Positions 1 through 11,498 of a stretch of DNA of 64,000 nucleotides are shown here, in pieces (within the stretch, counting starts at the first letter, position 1; each line of letters begins with the position of its first letter). A program made the position numbers and the translations under genes. Origin of the DNA: Owenia fusiformis (Eukaryota); assembly GCA_903813345.2 (NCBI GenBank), contig CAIIXF020000001.1:35650001-35714000 (forward strand), in the 5' to 3' direction. Under the pieces are notes generated by a model. That model was not told the origin of the DNA. It did not search any database and saw only the letters and a list, made by a program, of their open reading frames with translations.

Positions 1-593
1 CAAAATCTCAGAAAAATCAAAAATCTACTGTCTGACACCTGGCTAACATAACACAACACAGATGCCAATCTGAGGTGCAATGAAAATATACTCACATTCA
101 CATCATCTGCTCAAGGTGTTTCCTACATGTAAAAAGTCACATCTGTATCTTCAAATAAAATAGTCTAGAAATTGAAATAAAAAGTAAACAACCTTTCCTT
201 CCTGGTTTAAAATAACTTTTGATCACAAAATACATCCTCATATTTGTCACTTACCAGTTAACACAGCAGAAGGTCAATGAAGAGCACTCTTGGCAGATCA
301 ATGCTAAAGAGTGGAATGACATTATATGACACCCTGAATCTATATCAGTTAGTCACATAAGCCTCTGACTATCACAATTGATTCTGAAATTGATCAGTCT
401 TGATTTATTGATTATTTAGTAACACTTTTTATTAAATTTACTAATCCTGCCTTTCTCTACCACATTAGAGTGTTGATGTATCCTGATGTTTTAATGTGAG
501 TTGCTAGTAACTTTGAAATCCCCCTTTAAGAATAAATGTAATAAAAATGAATGTAACTAATACATAGAAGTGTCATGATTTTCTAATGTCCTG

Positions 594-1709
594 GTGGATT
601 TACATAAGGTTTCAAATATTCTTAAATTTACTATTTTCGCAGATGATACAAATATCTTATGTTCAAACAAAGACCTTCATGATCTATATAGAAATGTAAA
701 TCTAGAAATGGAAAAGACATTAGAATGGTTCAAATCAAATAAACTTTCTTTGAATATAGACAAGACAAATTATATGCTATTTACAAGATCAAAGTTAAAG
801 ATTGATGAAAATCAAGATTTTAATATAAAAATAGGGGGTAATATTCTTGAAAGAGTAATGCATACAAATTTTCTGGGAGTAACAATTGATTGTAAATTAA
901 AATGGAATGAGCACATAAATAAGGTTATACATAAAATATCTAAAATTATTGGTATTCTGGGAAAGATTAAATATAAATTGAATACAAAAACCATGATTAC
1001 CATTTATAATTCACTTATATTATCACAATTGAACTATTGCAACATCATATGGGGTAATGCATGTAAAACCTTTTTAAATAAATTGCTTTTGTTACAAAAA
1101 CGTGCAGTGAGAATAATCACAAATTCTGACTTTTTAGCACATAGCCCACCTCTTTTTAAACAACTCAATTTTCTAGATATTTTTGACATACATAAGCTTG
1201 AAGTTGCAAAATTTCTTTATCAATACACAACAAAACCCGATGGCTTTCCTTTTGACATATTTGAAAATTATTTTACTCCAAATTTGATATTTCATGAACA
1301 TGAGACAAGATTCCAAAATTGCCTTCACATGAAAAAATTTAGAACAATTATAGGTCAAAACTCAATAAAATATTCAGGTGCTCAGCTTTGGAATAATCTG
1401 CCAACTTCTTTGAAAACATTACCTTCCATTAACTGTTTTAAAAAGAATTTTAAAATTCATATGACATCAACCTATTCTGAACTGAATTACTGACAAGCAT
1501 ATATGTAGATTTTATATATTGTTATCAATTTTATTCTCATTTAACTGAGTAAATATTTTTTAAATTGTTCTTTTTTCTCATTTCCATTTGACTCAGGTTA
1601 ATATTTAAATGTTTTCACGCTGATACACTTATTAAAAGTGTCTAGTGTTATTATGTATTTGATTTTAATTTTAGAGAATAAATATTTTTAATAAAAAAAA
1701 AAAAAAAAA
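594..1709 (+). mobile_element. 5'-truncated CR1-group (L2/Crack/Daphne-like) LINE: RT C-terminal half, 3' UTR and poly(A) tail
   Basis: ORF 594-1493 starts at the RT catalytic region (IFADDT) and has the typical downstream motifs (NKLSLNIDKT, FLGVTID, LNYCNIIWG, LQKRAVRII, HSPPLFKQL, LWNNLP). AATAAA at ~1677 and ~1690, A-run to 1709. No TSD recognised. Confidence 0.9.
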
Positions 1710-1715
1710 GGCTCT

Positions 1716-1827
1716 AAGGCATTAACATGCAAAATGTAACCATCATTTGTTACAGATGCCAATCGTCAACTGCCATAAAAAACAGAGACCATGTGACAAT
1801 GTGTCACCACTTTTAGATGGTGATATA
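1716..1827 (+). mobile_element. Minimal (array-less) copy of the Helentron-like HINE/DINE element at 3114-4688
   Basis: Shares the 5' end AAGGCATTAACATG.AAAATGT.ACC, the TTGTTACAGA(T/C)GCC block, AAAAAC(A/G)GAGACCAT and a degenerate terminal hairpin TGTGTCACCAC-ttttag-ATGGTGATATA. Confidence 0.7.
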
Positions 1828-1947
1828 AAAAGTATCTCTTCCCCAGAGTGAAGATAGGATATTTGAGCTTACTTATTTATCTCTATATATTGAACTATGA
1901 ACTGTTATCTCCTTTATCTTAATGGTTATCTATAATCTGTTTATATA

Positions 1948-2101
1948 CAGGGCACGCCTTAAGCGTCGGACAGCTGGTCATTATCTGGTTACTTTTGATA
2001 CTGACCAGTTGATTTTTTCACTAGGTATAGGAAAATAACATTGCAACTGGTCAGTAATGCCTTTTTGACCAGCAGCTTTGGAATCCTTAGGGCATACACT
2101 G
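1948..2101. mobile_element. hAT-type MITE (154 bp)
   Basis: Imperfect TIRs CAGGGCACGCCTTAAG / CTTAGGGCATACACTG. Perfect 8-bp TSD TTTATATA at 1940-1947 and 2102-2109. Confidence 0.8.
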
Positions 2102-3113
2102 TTTATATAACAACTGATAGCTAAGTACACACCTATAATGAAAATCTAATACTTATAGTACTATATTGGTAACCCTGTTATAAATCATAAATTCAATATT
2201 TGATTCTACTTATCTTAATTTGATGAAAGTCAAATTGCAAGGTGGTACATCACAAACCACCCTGTGTATCTATACCTTGTAATATATTTACTGTAATGAT
2301 TTACCTTACATGGCCATATATAGGTAGCAATTTGGATTTCTACAGAGATTTTTAAAAATATTATGATCCAACATTTCCAATCTATGGCATTTTTTAAATC
2401 TTTATTTATATTTTAGGTTTGATGTTTCATATTTTCTCATTCGATTTTTCACTTTTCAATTCAAACTTGCAAAGTTTTTGTTTAATTTTGTAATGTTTAT
2501 CTAAAAAATTTATCTTCAATATTTGATATTTCAAATGACCAATTGCATGCTTCATCAATGCTTGATTCAAAAGATATAGCAATGTTACAAATCAAAAGTA
2601 ATTTAGAAAAGCAAAAACAAAACCTCAGAAACCAGGTGTGTTCTCAGGACTATAGTTCTAGCACGGCGGGATATGTCTGTATGATTTGTCTCGAAGGCCA
2701 ATAATTTTGAACTGGCTGCACAATCCATACTATTTCTTTTGGTGTCTCATCTTGAGAAATACTTATTGAGCCTTTTATATAACTACAAAATGCTCCGGCC
2801 AGCATCCATAGATACTGGCCAGATTCTTTTGAAGTAATTTGGACAGACACCTTCCTGCTGATAAAATATCACTCTTTTGGCCTCTAAGGGGCGGGGTCAA
2901 AATATCGATGTTCATATGGAGACAAAAGTACTTTCGCGAGGGGGGAGGGGGTTTTTGAGCACTTTCATTGACCAAAAAAACATCGATAATTCGGATCTGA
3001 TATACAAAAAATAATTGGACTTACCCACTTTTTCTGGCGCTATGTTCTGATAAAAAGGCTTGTTTTCAATAGTCCGTGAGCTATTTTGTGTGATAGGTCC
3101 AAAATATCGGTAG

Positions 3114-4688
3114 ACAAGGCATTAACATGACAAAATGTCACCACCTAGTTGCTCACAATATTATGAGTTCAAACTTAAGTCAGATTTGAATTTCTGAGAA
3201 CTTGTAAAGTCAAATTTGAACTTCTGAAAAGATGTAGATGATTTTGAAAAAAAAATTTGGTCAATTTGAAGCAAGTTGAAAACAGACCTTTTTGACCTTT
3301 TTTGACCTTGAGAAGGTCATTAAAGGTCAAATGTCAAATCTTAAGTCAAATCTAAAGTCATATTTGAATTTCTGAGAACATGTAGATGCTTTTGAAAAAA
3401 ATTTAGTCAATTTGAAGCAAGATGAAAAAATACCTTTTTGACCCTTTTTGACATTGAGAAGGTCATTGAAGGTCAAATGTCAAATCTAAAGTCAGATTTG
3501 AATTTCTGAGAACATGTAGATGATTTTGAAAAAAAAATTTAGTCAATTTGAAGCAAGTTGAAAAAAGACCTTTTTGACCTTTTTTGACTTTGAGAAGGTC
3601 ATTGAAGGTCAAATGTCAAATCTTAAGTCAAATGTAAAGTCAGATTTGAATTTCTGAGAACACGTAGATGATTTTGAAAATTTTTTTTAGTCAATTTGAA
3701 GCAAGTTGAAAACAGACCTTTTTTGACCTTGAGAAGGTCATTGAAGGTCAAATGTCAAATCTTAAGTCAGATTTGAATTTCTGAGAACATGTAGATGATT
3801 TTGAAAAAAAAAATTAGTCAATTTGAAGCAAGTTGAAAAAATACCTTTTTGACCTTTTTTGACCTTGAGAAGGTCATTGAAGGTCAAATGTCAAATCTAA
3901 AGTCAGATTTGAATTTCTGAGAACATGTAGATGATTTTGAAAAAAAAATTTAGTCAATTTGAAGCAAGTTGAAAAAAGACCTTTTTGACCTTTTTTGACT
4001 TTGAGAAGGTCATTGAAGGTCAAATGTCAAATTTTAAGTCAAATCTAAAGTCATATTTGAATTTCTGAGAACACATAGATGATTTTGAAAATTTTTTTTA
4101 GTCAATTTGAAGCAAGTTGAAAACAGACCTTTTTGACCTTTTTTGACCTTGAGAAGGTCATTGAAGGTCAAATCTTAAGTCAAATCTTAAGTCAGATTTG
4201 AATTTCTGAGAACACGTAGATGATTTTGAAAAAAAAATTTAGTCAATTTGAAGCAAGTTGAAAATAGACCTTTTTGACCTTTTTTGACCTTGAGAAGGTC
4301 ATTGAAGGTCAAATGTCAAATCTAAAGTCAGATTTGAAGGTCAAATGTCAAATCTAAAGTCAGATTTGAATTTCTGAGAACATGTAAATGATTTTGAAAA
4401 AAATTTAGTCAATGTGAAGCAAGTTGAAAAAAGACCTTTTTGACCTTGAGAAGGTCATTGAAGGTCAAATGTCAAATCTAAAGTCAGATTTGAACTTCTG
4501 AGAACATGTAGATGATTTAGAAAAAAATTGAAGTCAGTCTAAACAGTATTTGTTAAGTTATAGGAAGTTGTAAGAAATTGTTACAGACGCCGGACGCCAA
4601 CCGCCGGACGCCAACCGCCGGACGCCAACCGCCGTCGCAAAAAAACGGAGACCATAACAATATGTCACCACTTTTGGTGGTGACATAA
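3114..4688 (+). mobile_element. Non-autonomous Helentron-like (HINE/DINE-1-like) element with central satellite array
   Basis: 5' ACAAGGCATTAACATGACAAAATGTCACCAC, central tandem array, 14-bp repeat (CGGACGCCAACCGC)x3 at ~4591-4632, and 3' hairpin TATGTCACCAC-TTTTG-GTGGTGACATA (4661-4687). ATGTCACCAC is shared with the 5' end. Related ends occur at 1716 and 54519. Confidence 0.75.
3177..4530. repeat. Tandem array of ~125-150-bp monomers (~10 copies)
   Basis: Recurrent unit AAGTCAGATTTGAATTTCTGAGAACATGTAGATGATTTTGAAAA..AGTCAATTTGAAGCAAGTTGAAA..GACCTTTTTGACCTTTTTTGACCTTGAGAAGGTCATTGAAGGTCAAATGTCAAATCT. Confidence 0.95.
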
Positions 4689-6023
4689 TAAAGACGATAA
4701 TTCGATCATTTTTCAAATAAATTCCGTACTTTTCCCTCCTCCTTTTGAAGAGTTCAATGCAGTTAAATTGCGAACGTGTGTTAATTCACCGTAATAATAA
4801 CCCGGCAAATAGGATACGATTATGGTTCCAAATCATTTGACAGTCACTGAAAATCAATGTTTTTTTGAAGTGACCTAAGCTTTCGTCTAGAGGGGGGGTG
4901 GGGGGGTTGTTGTCCAAACGAAATTACTTTCGTCTCCATATGAACATTGATATTTTGAACCCGCCCCTAATAAACACAGGATTGATTGTATATTGTTCAT
5001 TAAGCATAAGCAAGGAATAACAAGATGTTTCAAATGAGGTGATTGTCTCATATATTTCTGAAATTGCTGCACAACAGGAGTGTAGCCAGCTTACAGTCAG
5101 GGGAATTCAATTGTGCCATAAGCGAGCCCAAAATTTTTTTAAGATTTATTTTGAATTTTACTTCCTGTAACTTCTTTCAAAAGTAGAAGCTTCAAATAAA
5201 AAATATTTTAAAGCTCTTTTCTTTTTTATTTGATGGTTCTATTTTTACAAGTTGTCGGATGGTGTGTTCGCACCCATCATACCTCCCTGGCTATGCCTAA
5301 GGCTGCACAATCATCATTTTAAAATTTTACTTCCGTATTATGTAAATTGGCTATATAGGGCAACCTGTGAGAGACAGTGTGACCTACTCTCCGTGGTCCA
5401 TTTTTAAAGGATAAAAACCAGGGGTCACGCGATTGCTCATTATTGCTCAAGCAATTTGCCATGATACAAGCGTACTTATATTCAACCTGAATTTTGAAAA
5501 TTAATTGTATCATTTCCTGAATTTAAATTAAAAAAAACACTCACCATACCTTAAAATTATCAAACCATACCTGTTTCAACATTTTCTTCCACACTATCTG
5601 GCCATTTCAAGTGGAATCTCTGTCATTCTATTATTCATTTATTCATTCATTCATTAATCGACTATTATACAGAGTAGAATCTGAACTTTTAAACTCTAAT
5701 ACCATTGAATTGATACCCCGAAAATTGATCTACAAACATTAATGGGATTAAATACAGACATAAAACATTCAGTCAATAACAAGATAAAGTGATAAATCTG
5801 CATCAAGTGTTCAGTTGACAACATTACATGCAGTGTCTACTGTCTAGGATAAAGAAGAAGAAGAAGTCATTTTAGTATTAGGAAATAATTATGCTATAAA
5901 CGTCATCAGAATGGCTGTTCTCTCATTAGCGTTAGACTAATATTTAGATGAATACTGAAAGAGAGAACACTTTTGATTTTTTGACTTTCATCTTTTTATG
6001 AAAATTTTCATGAACTTCATTTT

Positions 6024-6578
6024 GGGGAAATGGTCCTAATTATCGCCCGATTGTCAAATAGATTAAATATGCACCATACATCTTTTAAACCAGTGTTAAT
6101 AACACCAGCTCAATACCAGTACTCCTTATCTTCAAGATTTATTAATATCTTTAGAAATATCTCTTCATTTTTTAAAAAAGATTTACTTCTGCTGTAGTCA
6201 TAAATGTGATTGCCCAGGAAGTGAAATTCATCTGACAAAGTTTGACCCCTCCAAATAAAGTAAAATAAGTAAGTGAATATAGCATTTGTATTCATCTATT
6301 ATTAACAGGAAAATGTATCCAGTATCATAAAATAATACTCGAAACACAACCGTGCGATAATTAGGACGACTGGGCGATAATTAGGACCACCACACATGCG
6401 AGTCTAAGGGGTCTAATAGTGCTAACGTTCAGAGATTGAGAAATGTCAAGCAAGACTTAAATTTTAGAAGAAATGTTGATCTTTCGTTTCATACCCTCAA
6501 AGTAAGTTGAAGTTATCTTTTTTAAAACCATCAGTATAGTTTTCCAGAGTACCTGTGCGATGATAAGACCATTTCCCC
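6024..6578. mobile_element. Old MITE with GGGGAAATGGTC termini (pogo-like, uncertain)
   Basis: GGGGAAATGGTCCTAATTATCGC at the left end and GCGATGATAAGACCATTTCCCC at the right. Internal repeats of GCGATAATTAGGAC at ~6355-6388. TSD not clean. Confidence 0.5.
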
Positions 6579-6886
6579 TTCCATATTTCTACTGCTCGTA
6601 TCATATTGTGAGGTAAATATCATTGCTCATATCAACATTCAAAGAAGTACATTGTGGGACCACTAATAAAAAACCTGGATGTGGTTGGATATTTTGAACC
6701 TCAGAAGCATGCACTGTACCACCGTACTAAAAGTAGACGAGTACCGCAACCTCGGGAGAAGAAGAATCGGTATCTATGCTAGCATCTATGGCAAGTGAGT
6801 TTGGTTTCACCACGGGCGCCTAATATACGTTCTTCGAAACGAGATAGATATCAATTACCAAAATTTGGATTCTTCTTTCGAATTAC

Positions 6887-6975
6887 TCGAGTCTCTAGCC
6901 AATACTTGGCTAGAGGTGATTTCATCTGGAATACTGTGAACTCCATTTGAAAAAAGCTGGCCGCCGTGTCATAAA
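6887..6975 (+). repeat. Interspersed repeat, second copy at ~36380-36470
   Basis: TC(G/A)AGTCTCTAGCCAAT(A/T)CTTGGCT..ATCTGGAA(T/C)ACTGTGAACT is shared between the two loci. Family not identified. Confidence 0.6.
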
Positions 6976-7834
6976 TTTATTGAATATTTTAAAAATCACC
7001 AGATAAATAAATCATAAATTAAATCTGAACCGACTCAGCTCCTTGATGAGATATGACATGATTTCGTCAGGATTTCGTCTAAAATTAAAACAAAATGGTT
7101 CCAAGAAAAATGGCGATATTCAAACGAAATGTCGATAACGTCTGACATTAGTAACTGGCTGTAAATTCTAAGTTAGCGATCCAGAAGATGAGAACTAATA
7201 CACTGATCAATTCATGTGTGGTTTGGAATTTTTGGTGAGGTAATAAGACCAAAACTCGCAATTCAAATTGTGATGTGGAAGAATGGCGGACATATGATTT
7301 CAAATTTTATGATTACAACATGACCAATTGTTCATGCAGGAAATTATCTTTCCAGGAAGGCCACGATACAGTGGCTTTAGAAGAAGGTAACTTTCGAACA
7401 TTCTCTTCGTCTGTGTTAAAGTGTGTTTCCATGTTTCATTGACTGAAAATTTTTAGATCAAAATATTATTTCTATAACTTACTTTAGGTCGTCCCACTTA
7501 TTACACCTTCCATGCACTTATACTGTATATACATCTATGTGTAATCGAATCGCTACGTCAAATTCAGAGTTGAATTTTGCATATTTTGCACAGAAACGCT
7601 GAATGAATCTATAAAACTGTCTTTCTCCTCCACACCTTGTTTGTCTTGAATGGCCAACTATTAGTTGCGAAACGAAATCACTAAAAATATTTCTGCAAGT
7701 AGCAGTGACATCTTTCAATAATGTTACGACCTATTATCTTCAAATGCCGCTAGCCGCTATGGATTCATAGTACCACCAATGATACTACAATATCAGAATT
7801 CAGAAGATCCCTAATGTACAGCAAAATGTGTGTA

Positions 7835-7998
7835 CAGTAAACACCTATGGTACCACAAAAATGTGTTCACTATAGGTAGGTGTTCACTACAGAGAGGTAT
7901 TTTTATACAGAACTCAGTGGAGTATGTCCTGACATATTTACTAGGCACAGGTGTTCACGAGAGAGGGCTGTTCACTAAGATACATGTAGGTTTTACTG
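7835..7998. mobile_element. Degenerate pogo/Tigger-like MITE
   Basis: TA|CAGTAAACACC ... GGTTTTACTG with internal GTGTTCACTA repeats. Confidence 0.5.
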
Positions 7999-9837
7999 TT
8001 GTATAATCCATATCTTGGACATCCGTTTGGGGCTTTCTTTTTTAGCACTTTTAGCACCAACTCTCGCCTCACAGAACATGAATGCTGCTAGGCTACATGT
8101 AGATTAGTGGGCCATTAGTCTCTTTTTTTACTTTGGTATCAGATATAAGCACCACAGGCCCGTAGCCAGGGGGGGGGGGGTCGATGGGATGGGATGCAAT
8201 GAGATGCAAACGCCCAGCCCTTGCCAAAAAATGTTTCTTCATGCAGTTTTTCACCATTCTGAGGACTTTTTAAGTGATTTTGGCCATTTTTGGACCAAAA
8301 TTGTCCCAAGTGAACCCCCCTGGAATTCTTCAAAAAGTGATCCCCCTCTTGGCAAATCCTGGCTGAGCACCAGCTTTTAATCCTTTCCAAAAGGTCAAAC
8401 ATTTTAGGTAAAGTTATATTTTTCAAAATTAGTTTGTTCTTTCATTTCTTCAATCTATATACAATGATAATAATGTATTTTAGTTTTAGTTATTTTAGAA
8501 CTATTAATTTATTGGGGCTGTTTCTGCTGTAGAGCCTTTTTAACAAAGACTGAAGAGACAGACACCCTCAGATGGGACAAACTGTAAAAAGGTACAGAGT
8601 ATGTACTTTGAAATCTAAGTTAAAATAACCACCACTCAATCACACTACCCTACCACGTGACCACATTTAAAAATGATACAGGGTACGGTTAAGTTGCAAA
8701 TGGAGCGGGTATTCTCTATCTTTGTCCATTGGGCTTTTCTGGTAATAATACGTTGCAAACTGCTCGATGAATCTATACAATGTATAGTAGAACACTTAGA
8801 ATATGTGTAAAATCTAGTAAACATTCAGAACTATGGAAATAAACAAACGTCCTCCATTTGCAACTTCCCTGTAGCCTGTACTTCTTTTAAAGGAATACAG
8901 GATACAGTATGGGGGTATAGTAGTGTGTCAATGTTCAATGCTTTTCTTTAGTGAAATACATCTCCACCCATACCCTTTTGTATAAAATGACACATTGATT
9001 GATTTTATAAAGATACCTATGGGGATAGCCATTTTTATTTATCTAAGGTTCATTATTTAGTTGAAATTGAATGAAGTGTTGAGAGAAGTTTAAAAAATTA
9101 TCACAATTTTTCAGTATCTTTTGAATTTCCTGAGGCACCTTCAATATGAGTATAAAATATCCCTACTTTGAGGAGATCAGTAAATTATTGCGAAATCCCA
9201 CATTAGGCACCATTTTGAAATTTCTGAGGCTCAATCAGAAAAACCATACAATATTCACAATCTAGATTGCCTTTCGTTTCAATATGATAAAGCTATACTT
9301 CAGAGAGATCTAAAAATTAATGAAGATTTCTGTTTTCCCAACCCCCATACATGGCCTGTGGGGTCAGGGTGAAAAACACAGAATCAATATCCCTTTAGAT
9401 GCAACTTCAAGTCCTATAATCCGTACATATATCTATTTCACTCAAACACATTTGAGTAATTTATTAAACTGAACATGAATCACATGCTTCAATCACGACT
9501 AGATGTTTTTATTCTATGATTACATGGAATACAACGTATATTGCATAGTTTAGTATCAAAATATACACTCTGATGCATTATGAATTAATTCAATTTCTCT
9601 AGTGTATTTTGCAAGATACTACATGGATTCAGTGAAATGCGGGTACTTTAGCAGTCTTAATCTAGGTTAGAATAAGAAATCAACTACAGGCCTACTACCC
9701 CAGCTCTTGCCACCACCCCACTTATCTACTCATAATGACCCAATCATAATTTCCCTAACACCCAACCCTTGACAATTCTTGCCCAAAACACTTACTCATC
9801 CTAGAATATATAGACAGAAGTTAACTTAATCACAGAT

Positions 9838-10981
9838 TAACAATTCATTTGAAATTCACAATTCATCTGAAATTCACAATATATTCAAAAGGAGTGGTAT
9901 CGATAAGGAGAACTTTTTGAACACACGTTTCTCTTAAACCAGTAATAAAAAAATCTAAAAATTTAACACATCTTCAATTCAATGGTCTTCTTTTGAATGG
10001 TAACAATATAATTTGAAAAATATATATATACTTTCATCTATATTGTTTTAGAAAACACATCAAACACTTGTTTTGTTCTTGGTATCATGTTTCCAGAGTG
10101 AAATGAAACATCTTTCCGAACCTCATTGGAACAAAACGACATAAACACAACATGTTTTGGTCTCTCAATATTGTAATTGTCCAAAGGGAATTTTGGTTGA
10201 TTTTGCAAAAGTATCTTGTTCATGAAATAAAAGGTTTATCTTGATTTTTATTTATTTTGGGGGGATTTTGTTTTAATTTTTTGAATACTTATTTGAAATC
10301 AACCAAAAATTCCTTTGTATAACTATAATATTAAGAGGTCTAAAAACATGTAGTATATGCTATTTTGTTCCAACAAGGTTCGGAAAGACATTTTAATTCA
10401 TTCTCAAGAATTGGTAGAAAGGAGCAAAAACAATTGCACTAAAAATACAAAAAATGTTAACAAAAACAGTTATATAAAATATTTCTAAATAATTTTGCAT
10501 TAAGTTGTTGTCAATCAGTCAACATTACATAAAATACTGTGTTTTTTTAAAGAATGTTTTCAATAATTGGTTTAAAGAGAAAAACATTGTTGAATTCAGT
10601 TCTCAATATCGATACCACTCCTTTACAATTCATTTGAAATTCAAAGCTCATTTGAAATTCACATTTCGTTTGAAATTCACATTTCGTTTGAAATTCACTG
10701 TATTCACAATTCATTTAAATTCACAATTCACAGTTTAACTGGAATTCACAATTCATTTGAAAATCACAATTCACAATTTATTTGAAAGTCACAATGTATT
10801 TGAAATTCACAATTCAATTGAATTTCAAAATTCATTTGAAATTCACAATTCATTTGAAAATCACAATTTATTTGAAATTCACAATTCATCTGAAATTCAA
10901 AATCCATTTGAAATTCACAATTCATTTGAAGTTCACAATTCATCTGAAATTCACAATTCATTTGAAATTCACAATTCATTT
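9838..10981. repeat. 18-bp minisatellite (TTTGAAATTCACAATTCA)n, split by a MITE
   Basis: About 2 units at 9838-9880 and about 20 units at 10623-10981. It accounts for the repetitive FEIHNS/LKFTIH/MNCEFQ ORFs. Confidence 0.95.
9890..10622. mobile_element. Foldback MITE with AGGAGTGGTATCGATA TIRs (Kolobok-like termini, uncertain)
   Basis: TIRs AGGAGTGGTATCGATA / TATCGATACCACTCCT, plus an inner inverted pair (~10110-10205 vs ~10295-10400). A second, inverted copy lies at 56863-57539. TSD degenerate. Confidence 0.75.
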
Positions 10982-11498
10982 GTACAAAGGTGTTCACTAA
11001 AATAAGTTTTACTGCAATCATAATGTACTCAGGTGTTCCTTATACACAAGTGTTCAGTAAACATATGTGCTCATTAAACACGAGTGTTCATTATTTACTT
11101 TTTTTCACACAACCAGTACTATGAATGGCCATATTTGGCTATGTGATGCCACAGTTATCTAGCCATATCAGAATCACATTGACTCCTGAAGGAGAAGGCT
11201 TTTAGCCAGATACCGCCAATAATCAATTTACCTAGACTGATCTGAATTAAGTATGACCCTGTTTCTTCTCATACATTCATTTTGTTTTTCATTCCCCATT
11301 CAACTCAATTTATTTATTCATCCAACCGATCCACTTTTACTTACTCACATTATTCACCCACCATCTTCCAGTCTGTGCCATGATTAGCCCCATACATTGC
11401 AGGAATAAAACTTGAAAGGGAAGACAAACTATATGGAAGACTAATTGCCTCCTTCTGATGGACTCGATATAAAATAAAACATTCAACTTGTCCTGATA

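Larger units (their letters stand above)
2888..4967. mobile_element. PIF/Harbinger-type MITE interrupted by a HINE insertion
   Basis: TIRs GGGGCGGGGTCAAAATATCGATGTTCATATGGAGAC.. / ..GTCTCCATATGAACATTGATATTTTGAACCCGCCCC. TAA TSD at 2885-2887 and 4968-4970. About 500 bp once the internal insertion is removed. Confidence 0.8.

Noticed and set aside
96..334. Possible minus-strand exons bounded by AG and GTAAGT/GTGAGT (about 333-255 and 164-96)
   Set aside because: The second is closed in all three frames and the first encodes nothing recognisable. They could be UTR exons of a gene outside the window but are unsupported.
5571..5625. Possible small minus-strand exon (RFHLKWPDSVEENVET, donor GTATGG)
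   Set aside because: Weak acceptor, no partner exons or homology identifiable.
10505..11021. ORFs with FEIHNS / LKFTIH / MNCEFQ repeats
   Set aside because: Translations of an 18-bp minisatellite, open in several frames on both strands.
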